Below are positions 28,772 to 37,657 of a stretch of DNA of 64,000 nt, piece after piece. This DNA is from an uncultured Anaeroplasmataceae bacterium (GTDB lineage: Bacteria > Bacillota_I > Bacilli_A > Acholeplasmatales > Anaeroplasmataceae), in assembly GCA_964548855.1 (NCBI GenBank), contig CAZJSR010000002.1, positions 28,702-92,701 on the forward strand, written 5' to 3'. The notes under the pieces were generated by a model, which was not told the DNA's origin, made no database searches, and worked only from the letters and a program-made list of their open reading frames with translations. Both the position numbers and the translations under genes were made by a program. Positions within the stretch are counted from its first letter, which is position 1. Each line of letters opens with the position of its first letter.

Positions 28772-30037
28772 TTATATTATAAAGTTATCGATTTCATAGA
28801 ATTCAAGTTGTTTGTAATATTTTTTATCAATAGATACTTCATAAATAACATATGAAGGAGTATAAGATTTATATTTAATAATACCATGTGTTTCAATAAT
28901 GTTTATGAGTTTACCATTTGTATAAGGTATATTTAATTTTAAATCTATCATATATGAAATAGTATTATCATAAATATAATCTAATAGTTTATCCACGTTA
29001 TAATTATCATAATTAGAATATAATATATTTTCAGCACCTGTGATCATAAAATCTTTATTTAAACACTTATCATATTTGTTAAAAACTAAAAGTGTTTTAA
29101 TGTTACTACATCCTAAATTATTTAGCGTTTCAGCTGTAACGGCATATTGTTCATTGAAATAAGGACTAGAAACATCAATGATATGTAAAATTAAATCAGC
29201 ATTTTTAATTTCTTTAAGTGTACTATTAAATGAATTAATAAGATGATGAGGAAGTTTGCTTACAAAACCTATTGTATCTGTTAAAAGGAATTTATGCTTT
29301 TTATAAGTAATGCTTCTTGTTTTAGTACTAAGAGTTGCGAAGAGTTCATCTTTTGCGTAAACCATTTTTTCACTATCTTCTTTTGTATACTCTATTATTT
29401 TATTTAAAGTACTACTTTTTCCTGCGTTAGTATAGCCAACTAACGCAACTATAGGAATATTATTTTCCTTTCTTTTTTCAGTTTGCCTATCTTTCATTTC
29501 TTTTATTTTAACAAGTTCTTTTGTACATCTAGATATATTGGCTAGAAGAACTCTTTTATCTAATTCTTGTCTTGTTTCACCTTTTCCTTTATTATGTAAA
29601 GAAGAAGAACCACCTTGTCTATCTTCCTTGTTTTTTATAATAGAAAGTCTTGGGAGTAGATAACGACTTTTCGCAAGATTTATTTCTAATATAGCTTCCC
29701 TACTTTGTGCTCGCAAGGCAAAAATACTTAAAATTACATATGTTCTATCAATAACCTCTACATTTAAATATTCACTTATGTTTCTTAGTTGGCTTAATGT
29801 TAGTTCATCATCAAATACTACTAAGTCTATATTAGTAACTGTCAATAACTCTTTTACCTCTTTAATTTTTCCACTGCCTACAAGATACTCTTTGTTAGGT
29901 TTATCTAATTTTTGACTTATATGGTGTTTTATATCTATATCTATGCTTTTGCATAGATTTTTCATTTCACATGTCAAATATGATATATCATAAGTGTTTG
30001 TTTTGGTATCTAATAAAACTAATATTGCATTTCTCAA
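28772..30037 (-). CDS. hflX: GTPase HflX
   Basis: HflX N-terminal domain, then a G domain with G1 GYTNAGKSST and G3 DTIGF. The G4 motif appears to be NKYD (in VFNKYDK); that reading is less certain. Length is 421 aa. Confidence 0.9.
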   Translation of the reverse strand: MRNAILVLLDTKTNTYDISYLTCEMKNLCKSIDIDIKHHISQKLDKPNKEYLVGSGKIKEVKELLTVTNIDLVVFDDELTLSQLRNISEYLNVEVIDRTYVILSIFALRAQSREAILEINLAKSRYLLPRLSIIKNKEDRQGGSSSLHNKGKGETRQELDKRVLLANISRCTKELVKIKEMKDRQTEKRKENNIPIVALVGYTNAGKSSTLNKIIEYTKEDSEKMVYAKDELFATLSTKTRSITYKKHKFLLTDTIGFVSKLPHHLINSFNSTLKEIKNADLILHIIDVSSPYFNEQYAVTAETLNNLGCSNIKTLLVFNKYDKCLNKDFMITGAENILYSNYDNYNVDKLLDYIYDNTISYMIDLKLNIPYTNGKLINIIETHGIIKYKSYTPSYVIYEVSIDKKYYKQLEFYEIDNFII

Positions 30038-30118
30038 AATATCACCAACTTAATTATATCATATTGTATGTATTTAGAAAAATTGACATATAATATATAG
30101 ACTAAAAGGAGGAAAATT

Positions 30119-31978
30119 ATGCTAGAAAATTTTAGTAAAGTGGCTTTAAATATATTAAATACTATGAAGATAATGTCATCTACAAAAACATTAGGAAGTG
30201 AATATTTACTAAGTGCAATGTACAACATAGAAGACTCATTATGTCGTTTTTTATTTAATGAATATAATGTTGATATTAAAGAATTAGAAGAAGAATTAGA
30301 AAAGATAGAAATATTAAGACATGATGAGTTAGTTTATACAAAAGAATTAGAAAAAATATTTTCGTATGCCTTAGAATTATCAAGTGATAATTTAGTATCA
30401 GATGAACATTTATTTATGGCAATTTTAAATAATAAAGATAGTATAGCGTATGATATTCTTATAAGATTAGGGTTTGATATTAATGAACTCATTAATGATG
30501 TTAATGAAATATATGAATTTAAAGATAGTCTATCTGATATACCATATCTTTACAATATGACTAATAATAATACTTATAATTATGTAGGTATTAGTAACTA
30601 CATTGAACAAATTATGGTTATTTTAAAAAGGAAGAATAAAAATAATCCTATTTTAATAGGTAATGCAGGTGTAGGTAAAAGTGCAATTGTAGAAGGACTT
30701 GCATCTTATATTAAAGATAATAATTTAGGTTTAGAAATTGTTTCTTTGAATATAGGAAGTATGTTATCTGGGACTAAATATCGTGGGGATTTTGAAGAAA
30801 GGTTAGATAACGTAGTTAAGGCTATAATAAAGAAGAAAAATGTAATTGTATTTATTGATGAAATACATACTATAGTAGGAAGTGGATCAAGCGAGTCAGC
30901 TTTAGATATATCTAATATGTTAAAACCATATCTTGCAAGAAATGATTTTAAAGTGATAGGTGCGACTACTATAAATGAATATAATAAGTATATTTTAAAA
31001 GATAAGGCACTTCAAAGAAGATTTGAGAAGGTGTTTGTAAAAGAACCTAGTGTTATAGATACTAAAAAAATAATGTATGGCATTATTGATGATTATGAAA
31101 AGTATCATAATGTTTTAGTAAAAAAGGACATATTAGATTATATTGTAAATATATGCGATAAAAGGATAATAACGAAAAAAAGGCCTGATAAGTGTATTGA
31201 TATTCTTGATTCAATGATGAGTTATTTAAGTTTGAAGAATATTAAAGAAGCTAGAATGAGTGATGTTGATGAGACAATTAATCGTATTTTAGGATATAAA
31301 GAAAATGATGAAGATATTTATTTTAAATCGTTGTTAAAATATTACTTTATGTATGAAAATAATATGAATGACAAAATCATCATGAAATTAAGATATGGCG
31401 GGAATAAAGAAGGATATGATATCCTTATTAATGATTTAAAGAAACTATATGGTATAGAAGATGAAATGATTCTTGATCTTAATTTGGAATTAATTAATAA
31501 TAATTCATTAATCGGGAATTACTCTAATGATGGAATACTTATTGAGCATTTAAAAAGTTATCCTACTAGTGTCATTTCACTAAGCAATTATCACGATTCA
31601 TATTATGAGATTTCAAATATTTTTAATGATATGGTAGATAAAGGTTATATTTTAGACTCAAATTTAAATCATATTAGTACTAAGAATGTAATTTTGATTT
31701 ATCAAAATATTATTGATTCATCTAATATTGGATTTAATTCAAAATCATTAGATTCTAACAGTTTTGATTTAATAATTACATATGATAAAAAAACAAGGTT
31801 TTATAATGACAATTACATTAAAACACTGAAAAAATATAATATAGAGGCTAGTATAATGTTTGATATAGATGACAACAATAAGAAAATAGTAAATGATATG
31901 GTATATGAAATAGTTGAAAATAAGAGAACTGGAGACATTACAATTTATGAAGAAAATGGTATAATCAAATATAGATAA
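30119..31978 (+). CDS. ClpC/ClpB-like AAA+ protein with Clp_N domain, intact D1 and degenerate D2
   Basis: Two Clp_N repeats are present. D1 has Walker A GNAGVGKSAIVEGLA, Walker B VFIDEIH and the ALQRRF motif. The D2-equivalent region aligns to ClpC D2 but reads RYGGNKEG where Walker A should be and ISLSNYHDS where LLDEIEKAH should be. AAGGAGG Shine-Dalgarno. Confidence 0.8.
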   Translation: MLENFSKVALNILNTMKIMSSTKTLGSEYLLSAMYNIEDSLCRFLFNEYNVDIKELEEELEKIEILRHDELVYTKELEKIFSYALELSSDNLVSDEHLFMAILNNKDSIAYDILIRLGFDINELINDVNEIYEFKDSLSDIPYLYNMTNNNTYNYVGISNYIEQIMVILKRKNKNNPILIGNAGVGKSAIVEGLASYIKDNNLGLEIVSLNIGSMLSGTKYRGDFEERLDNVVKAIIKKKNVIVFIDEIHTIVGSGSSESALDISNMLKPYLARNDFKVIGATTINEYNKYILKDKALQRRFEKVFVKEPSVIDTKKIMYGIIDDYEKYHNVLVKKDILDYIVNICDKRIITKKRPDKCIDILDSMMSYLSLKNIKEARMSDVDETINRILGYKENDEDIYFKSLLKYYFMYENNMNDKIIMKLRYGGNKEGYDILINDLKKLYGIEDEMILDLNLELINNNSLIGNYSNDGILIEHLKSYPTSVISLSNYHDSYYEISNIFNDMVDKGYILDSNLNHISTKNVILIYQNIIDSSNIGFNSKSLDSNSFDLIITYDKKTRFYNDNYIKTLKKYNIEASIMFDIDDNNKKIVNDMVYEIVENKRTGDITIYEENGIIKYR

Positions 31979-31981
31979 TTT

Positions 31982-32004
31982 CCACTATGCTAATAGTGGT
32001 TTTT
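31982..32004 (+). terminator. Rho-independent terminator after the clpC-like gene
   Basis: CCACTAT-GCTA-ATAGTGG stem followed by TTTTT. Confidence 0.75.
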
Positions 32005-32034
32005 GTTATATAATCAATTTAAGGAGTGATAAAT

Positions 32035-32802
32035 ATGGATGGAGTTATTAATTATTTTCATGATAATCTATGGCTTAGATTATTAGTAGATGGTTATTTA
32101 TTATTAACTGTTTGTATATTAGTAGGACAATTTATTTTTAAAAACAGAAGAGCACTTGATTTTACGATAATGGAATTAATTGTAATATTCATTGCGGCTA
32201 TAAGTCATTATTTAGATCTTACCGTCAGCAAATGGCTATTTTTATATTTGTCATTAGTACTCCCAATATTTTTAGTAATCGCGCTTGCACCTGATATTAG
32301 GCGTGGAATAAGCCCTAAGGTTAAAAGTGATGCGAAACATGAACTTCTAACATCTTCAACTCAGGAAACAAAAACCGCTATTATTGATGCGGTGTTATTT
32401 CTTGCATCAAGAAAAATAGGGGCTCTAATAACAGTTGAGAAAAATATATCACTTGACCAATATGCAGAAAAAGCTATATCACTTAATTCTGATGTAACAA
32501 AAGAATTATTAATAAATATTTTTACACCACTTACACCACTTCATGATGGAGGGGTTATTATTAGAGGTAATAAAATTAGATGTGCTGGTGCATATTACGT
32601 TCTTGCTCAAAAAACAGATGATATCGATAAAACAACAGGTTCTAGACATAGAGCTGGAATAGGTATATCAGAAGTAAGTGATGCCTTAACTATTATTTGT
32701 TCTGAGGAAACAGGAAATATAAGTCTTGCGATAGAAGGAATTTTAATTAAAGCTAATGAAAGAGAGAAAATACAAGAATATTTAGATATGTTCTTAAAGT
32801 AA
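32035..32802 (+). CDS. cdaA: Diadenylate cyclase CdaA (membrane-anchored DAC domain)
   Basis: Three N-terminal TMs. DAC motifs GALITVE, PLHDGGVIIRG and TGSRHRAGIGISE. AAGGAG Shine-Dalgarno 8 nt upstream of ATG 32035. Confidence 0.9.
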   Translation: MDGVINYFHDNLWLRLLVDGYLLLTVCILVGQFIFKNRRALDFTIMELIVIFIAAISHYLDLTVSKWLFLYLSLVLPIFLVIALAPDIRRGISPKVKSDAKHELLTSSTQETKTAIIDAVLFLASRKIGALITVEKNISLDQYAEKAISLNSDVTKELLINIFTPLTPLHDGGVIIRGNKIRCAGAYYVLAQKTDDIDKTTGSRHRAGIGISEVSDALTIICSEETGNISLAIEGILIKANEREKIQEYLDMFLK

Positions 32803-32813
32803 TAGGTGATTTT

Positions 32814-32999
32814 ATGAGATTGTTTAGTGAAATATTAAAATTAATATTTTGTCCATTGTGGTTTTTTTACAATCATAACGCAAATGAGAAAATCACACAA
32901 ACAAAAAAAGAATATATAAAATATGTTATTATTGTTTTAATAGTACTACTGATATTATTAATAGTATATTTAAGAGAAATTGTTGGATTATTTAAGTAA
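32814..32999 (+). CDS. Small (61 aa) single-TM membrane protein co-transcribed with cdaA
   Basis: AGGTGA Shine-Dalgarno 5 nt upstream. TM segment is YVIIVLIVLLILLIVYL. It sits between cdaA and the PAS/GGDEF-like gene with 11-nt and 10-nt gaps. Confidence 0.5.
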   Translation: MRLFSEILKLIFCPLWFFYNHNANEKITQTKKEYIKYVIIVLIVLLILLIVYLREIVGLFK

Positions 33000-33009
33000 G
33001 AGGTATTGT

Positions 33010-34587
33010 ATGTTTTTAAAATTAGCATGGTTAATATGTGGTTTAATATTGGCTATTATTTTGTTAATTGTATTTATTAGACAATGTATTATAGAAAAGA
33101 AATTTTATAAATTTAAAATAATATTATCATTGGTTTTTATAGGGATATTAGCTTTTGATTTTGCATTTTATACACAAATTGAAGAAATGAATACTCATGT
33201 ATTTAAATATATTAGAGATATTTCGGGATTATGTGTGATTGTTCTTGTTGGTATATGTTTTTTAATTTGTGTAAATATGTCAAGTTTGAAAACTAATTTA
33301 GATCAAGAATTTTTAAAAGCCTTAGAAACTGATAAAGTATTTGTTTTATTAGATAAGAAAGATAAAATCAAGGAAATATCAACATCATTTATTGGTCTTG
33401 CAGGCATTGATAATAAAAAAGAAGTATTAGGTATGAAATTCTTTGATTTTATTGAAAAGAATTTCAATCTTATTGCTTTAAACGATACAGAAATTAAATT
33501 ATCTAGATTAAAAGAATATTTTAAAATGTATGCATCAGAAGCTAAAGAAGGAGATAAAGCTCAAAGAGAGTTTCTTATGACTAAAAAAGAAGGCGGTTCA
33601 CCATTTGTTTTAAATTTTATGGATCTTGCGATTTTTACAGCTGAGAAATATTCTGGACATTTATTAATGGGAGATTTAGATTCAGGAACTAATTTATTAA
33701 GTGCTCAAAGAGAATTAACAGATAAGAAAAATGAACTTGATAATATTAAAGGAAGATTCCAAGCATTATTATCTATTACAGACGAAGCTGTTTTCTTTTA
33801 TGATTTAGATAAAAAATATATATGGGGAAATGATTCTTTAGTTAAAATGCTTAATTTAAATGGAAATACAATCGGAAGAAGTGAATTTGAGTCATATATT
33901 CATAAAGATGATTTACCTTTATATAATAAGACGATGTCAGATTTAACACAAAATAATCCTAATTATAGTGTAAAGTATAGATTTAAGACAGGTGCTAACT
34001 ACGAATTCGTTCATGAGAAAGGAAAAAGAATTTTTTCAAGGGGCGAAAGTGATGAAATAGCAGGTACTATTGAATTAATAAGTTCTGAACATTATGAACG
34101 AAGTAATATGCCAATATTAGATTCAATTAAAGATGAAGCACAACTTCTTGCGGATGTTGATTCCTATTATCGTAATAGAGCTCAATTTATGGTTTTTATG
34201 TTTAGAATTTCTAATTTACCTGAAATAAATGAAAAATATGGAAGAAGCATTGGAAATATGGTTTTAGGTGAATATGTTAAAACTATAAAGGAAAAATTAA
34301 TTAATGATAATTTATTATATCGTATAAGTGGTCTTGATTTTGTTGGTATAATATCTGATGGAAGAAAGATGAATTTATTAAAGACAGGACTTGAACGTCA
34401 AGTGTTTACACATGTTACAATGAATTATGGAAACATGGCAATTGATATTGAAGCTAACTTTGGTGTTGGATATAGTACAGATGATAATAACGCCAAGGGC
34501 CTTATAAAAGGATGTTTTAATGCTGTCAATACATCATGCCTACCTGCAGTAAATACAAACTATATGTTTGTAAGGGACATAAGATAA
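33010..34587 (+). CDS. Membrane-anchored PAS-domain protein with a degenerate (SGLDF) GGDEF-like C-terminal domain
   Basis: AAGAGG Shine-Dalgarno before ATG 33010. Three N-terminal TMs. PAS-like segment ITDEAVFFYDLDKKYIWGNDSLVKMLN...YSVKYRFKTGANYEFVHEKGKRIF. The C-terminal domain follows the GGDEF fold pattern (EINEKYGRSIGNMVLGEYVKTIKEKL...LLYRISGLDFVGIISD) but lacks the GG(D/E)EF motif and the upstream metal-binding Asp. Confidence 0.75.
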   Translation: MFLKLAWLICGLILAIILLIVFIRQCIIEKKFYKFKIILSLVFIGILAFDFAFYTQIEEMNTHVFKYIRDISGLCVIVLVGICFLICVNMSSLKTNLDQEFLKALETDKVFVLLDKKDKIKEISTSFIGLAGIDNKKEVLGMKFFDFIEKNFNLIALNDTEIKLSRLKEYFKMYASEAKEGDKAQREFLMTKKEGGSPFVLNFMDLAIFTAEKYSGHLLMGDLDSGTNLLSAQRELTDKKNELDNIKGRFQALLSITDEAVFFYDLDKKYIWGNDSLVKMLNLNGNTIGRSEFESYIHKDDLPLYNKTMSDLTQNNPNYSVKYRFKTGANYEFVHEKGKRIFSRGESDEIAGTIELISSEHYERSNMPILDSIKDEAQLLADVDSYYRNRAQFMVFMFRISNLPEINEKYGRSIGNMVLGEYVKTIKEKLINDNLLYRISGLDFVGIISDGRKMNLLKTGLERQVFTHVTMNYGNMAIDIEANFGVGYSTDDNNAKGLIKGCFNAVNTSCLPAVNTNYMFVRDIR

Positions 34588-35090
34588 TGGATAAAAAAGA
34601 ATTAAGGAAAGAATTACTTGAAAAAAGGAAATATTTAAATGATGTATCATCTTTGCTTATTTTAGATTTAATTAATAGTGAAGTATTAGACAAATATCAT
34701 AATATAGGAATATATTATCCTCTTAAGGGTGAAATAAATATACTTCCTATTATGGATTATTTTAAGGATAAAAAATTCTATTTTCCTAAAACAATAGGAA
34801 ATGATATTCAGTTTTATCAAAATACTAATAAATTTAAAAAAGGTCCTTTTAATGTAATGGAACCAGTATCAAATGTTGTAGTTTCAAGGGATTCGATTGA
34901 TGTTTTTATTATTCCATGTGTTGGAATAACTAAAGATAATAAAAGAGTTGGATATGGAAAAGGATATTATGATAGATATCTAGATTCATATAAAGGATTT
35001 AAGATAGCGCTTAATTATAAAGAATTGTCAAATTTAGATTTTAATGCTGATAAATATGATGTTAAGTTAGATTATGTATTGGTAAGGTGA
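34587..35090 (+). CDS. 5-formyltetrahydrofolate cyclo-ligase (MTHFS)
   Basis: MDKKELRKELLEKRK is a typical MTHFS N-terminus, and the C-terminal motif is GYGKGYYDRYL. The start overlaps the previous stop (TAATG), so the 34536 extension is rejected. Confidence 0.8.
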   Translation: MDKKELRKELLEKRKYLNDVSSLLILDLINSEVLDKYHNIGIYYPLKGEINILPIMDYFKDKKFYFPKTIGNDIQFYQNTNKFKKGPFNVMEPVSNVVVSRDSIDVFIIPCVGITKDNKRVGYGKGYYDRYLDSYKGFKIALNYKELSNLDFNADKYDVKLDYVLVR

Positions 35091-35094
35091 GATA

Positions 35095-35742
35095 GTGTAT
35101 AGTGTAATTATTCCGATGGCTGGTAGTGGCAAAAGAGCTAAAGTATCAAAGAATAAAGCGTTATTAGAACTTAATGGAAAGCCGATGTTTATGTATTCTT
35201 ATGAATTATTTAAATCTTATGGATTTGAAATAATTTTAGTATGTAAAGAACATGAAATAAATATTGTTAGAAGTTATGTTGATAGTAATACTAAAATAGT
35301 TCTTGGTTCTGATACTAGAGCTAAAAGTGTATATAATGGAATAAAAGTGGCGACTAGTGAATATGTTTTTATTCATGATGCCGCAAGACCATTTTTAAAT
35401 AGAAAAATAGTAGATGAATTACTAGAAACGATTAAGAATAATGATGCTGCTTTTGTTGCCATAACTCCAAAAGATACAATTAGAAACATTAATAATAATG
35501 TTTTAAATAGAGAAACATTACTTATGGCTCAAACTCCTCAAGTAATGAAAAAAGATGATATTTTATATGCATATAACAAAGTATTTTTGGATAATGTAGA
35601 AATTACTGATGATATTCAAGCATTAGAACTATATACTAATATTAAAGCGAAAGTTGTTTATGGAGATGATATGAATTTTAAAGTAACTACTCCATACGAT
35701 GTAAAAATTGCGTCTTATTTAGCTAAGGAGAATTTTAAATGA
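35095..35742 (+). CDS. ispD: 2-C-methyl-D-erythritol 4-phosphate cytidylyltransferase
   Basis: N-terminal VIIPMAGSGKRAK...NKALLELNGKPM, plus IHDAARPF and TPQV motifs. GTG start. Confidence 0.85.
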   Translation: MYSVIIPMAGSGKRAKVSKNKALLELNGKPMFMYSYELFKSYGFEIILVCKEHEINIVRSYVDSNTKIVLGSDTRAKSVYNGIKVATSEYVFIHDAARPFLNRKIVDELLETIKNNDAAFVAITPKDTIRNINNNVLNRETLLMAQTPQVMKKDDILYAYNKVFLDNVEITDDIQALELYTNIKAKVVYGDDMNFKVTTPYDVKIASYLAKENFK

Positions 35743-36221
35743 TAAGAATTGGTCATGCATGGGACACTCATAAATTAGTGAGTGGTAGAAAACTTTATTT
35801 AGGTGGATTATTAATTCCTTCAGATGTAGGTCTATTAGGTCATAGTGATGCGGATGTTGTTTTACATGCTATCGCAGAATCGTTACTTGGATCTCTTGCG
35901 TTAGGTGACTTAGGAATGCATTTTTCTGATAAGGATGAGAAGAATAAAGATATTAATTCTAAAGTTATTCTAAATTACTGCCATAATTTGATAAAAGAAA
36001 AAGGTTATCATATTGTTAATATTGACTTGACTATTTACAGTGAGTTTATTAAAATATCACCGTTAAGAGATAAAATTAGAGAATCTATTTCTAATATTTT
36101 AAATCTTGATATTAGTTTTATTTCAGTAAAAGCTACAACATATGAAAAAATGGGCTTTATTGGAAGAGGAGAAGCAATTGCAGCGGAGTCTGTTTGTTTG
36201 GTGGGTGATAGTCATGAATAA
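35739..36221 (+). CDS. ispF: 2-C-methyl-D-erythritol 2,4-cyclodiphosphate synthase
   Basis: IRIGHAWDTHKL and GHSDADVVLHAI motifs. 160 aa. 4-nt overlap with ispD. Confidence 0.9.
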   Translation: MIRIGHAWDTHKLVSGRKLYLGGLLIPSDVGLLGHSDADVVLHAIAESLLGSLALGDLGMHFSDKDEKNKDINSKVILNYCHNLIKEKGYHIVNIDLTIYSEFIKISPLRDKIRESISNILNLDISFISVKATTYEKMGFIGRGEAIAAESVCLVGDSHE

Positions 36222-37131
36222 AATATTAGATATAATAAAAGGTTTTTTTATAGGTATTGCGAATGTAATTCCTGGTTTTTCAGGAGGTACAATGGCTATT
36301 ATATTAAAAATATATGATAGATTAATTAGTGGGCTAAGTAATATTTTAAAACAGCCTTTAAAGGTTATAAAAGATTTATGGGCGGTTGCGCTTGGACTTT
36401 GTCTTGGAATTGTATTTTCAATATTTACAGTTGTTTTACTGTTAAATAAATTTCCAATCCCTACAACGTTATTCTTTGTGGGATTAATTTTAGGGTCAAT
36501 TCCATCAATTTATAAAGAAGCAAATTCAAATAATACAAGTAAGATTAATTACTTATGGATGTTTTTAGCGATAATTTTTATGATAGCTTTACCATTTATT
36601 AATTTTGGTGAGACTTCACAATCATTAAGTGCAATGAAGATTATTATTATATTCTTTATGGGGCTTATAGCCGCGGCTACTATGGTAATACCTGGTGTTT
36701 CTGGGTCTCTTACCTTAATGGCATTAGGTTATTATACTTTCATTATGACAAGTATTAAGACTCTAATTGATAAGTTTATTCATTTTGATTTTAGTGCAAT
36801 GAAAGATCCATTTATAATAACTTTAGTATTTGGAATTGGTTGTGTACTTGGTATTTTCTTTATTGCAAAATTAATTAATATGGCAATAAAGAAAAATAAA
36901 ACATGCGTTTATTTTATTATATTAGGTTTATTAATAGGATCGCCTGTCTCTATTTTATATAAGGTAATGACATCAAGTGAATATACTATTAATTATGCTA
37001 GTGTATGGATGTGGATAATTGGAGTGGTATTATTAATTATAGGTACATCAGTTCCAATTGTGCTTGAAAATTATGTTAATAAAAAAGAAAAAAATATAGA
37101 AGAGATAAATACTATAAGTGAGACTGAATAG
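36214..37131 (+). CDS. DUF368-family polytopic membrane protein (family implicated in undecaprenyl-phosphate translocation)
   Basis: The DUF368 signature is duplicated: GIANVIPGFSGGTMAIIL and AATMVIPGVSGSLTLMALG. ATG 36214 overlaps the ispF stop, so the 36142 extension is rejected. Confidence 0.75.
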   Translation: MNKILDIIKGFFIGIANVIPGFSGGTMAIILKIYDRLISGLSNILKQPLKVIKDLWAVALGLCLGIVFSIFTVVLLLNKFPIPTTLFFVGLILGSIPSIYKEANSNNTSKINYLWMFLAIIFMIALPFINFGETSQSLSAMKIIIIFFMGLIAAATMVIPGVSGSLTLMALGYYTFIMTSIKTLIDKFIHFDFSAMKDPFIITLVFGIGCVLGIFFIAKLINMAIKKNKTCVYFIILGLLIGSPVSILYKVMTSSEYTINYASVWMWIIGVVLLIIGTSVPIVLENYVNKKEKNIEEINTISETE

Positions 37132-37158
37132 AGTGTCTAAGATACTCTATTTTTTTTG
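37129..37158 (+). terminator. Rho-independent terminator ending the cdaA-to-DUF368 operon
   Basis: TAGAGTGTC-TAA-GATACTCTA stem (one G-U pair) followed by TTTTTTTT. It overlaps the TAG stop. Confidence 0.7.
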
Positions 37159-37348
37159 CCATTTTTTCCTAAAAAAAATTGTCTAAAATACTATAATTTG
37201 AATTTAATATTTAATTATTAATCTTATTTATTAGAAATGATATTCATAAATAATGCTTGAATGTGTTTAAGATAAATATATCTATATTACTAGTATATAT
37301 GACATGCATAAAAAGAAGATATATGTCATAAATATTATTGGTGATATA

Positions 37349-37657
37349 ATGGATTTCGTAAAAAAAGATATTTTAGTTGATAATAAGGAATTTTGGACAC
37401 TTGAGGTGAAATTAGCAAAAACAACTCTAATTATGGTGGGAAATAATAAAGGATTTATAATGTGTGGTGCATTAAATGTTTCTATTTATAATACCGAAAG
37501 AATGAAAGAAAGAAAAGTAATATGTGCAAATGTTCTTGGAGTAAAAAGTGTAGAGGATATGTTAGACGGATATATTAATGACTCAACATTAGAAGCATAT
37601 AAAATAGGAATTAGACAAGGTATGAGTGTACGTGAAGCCTTATCGTTATTATCTTAA
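37349..37657 (+). CDS. YunC-like DUF1805 protein
   Basis: The segment LEVKLAKTTLIMVGNNKGFIMCGALNV matches the DUF1805/YunC pattern. ATG 37349 with a GGTGA Shine-Dalgarno is preferred over 37304. Confidence 0.6.
   Translation: MDFVKKDILVDNKEFWTLEVKLAKTTLIMVGNNKGFIMCGALNVSIYNTERMKERKVICANVLGVKSVEDMLDGYINDSTLEAYKIGIRQGMSVREALSLLS

Noticed and set aside
30084-30095. TTGACA immediately followed by TATAAT upstream of the clpC-like gene.
   Set aside because: The two hexamers are directly adjacent (0-nt spacer), so they cannot together form a sigma-A promoter. The true promoter elements could not be assigned confidently.
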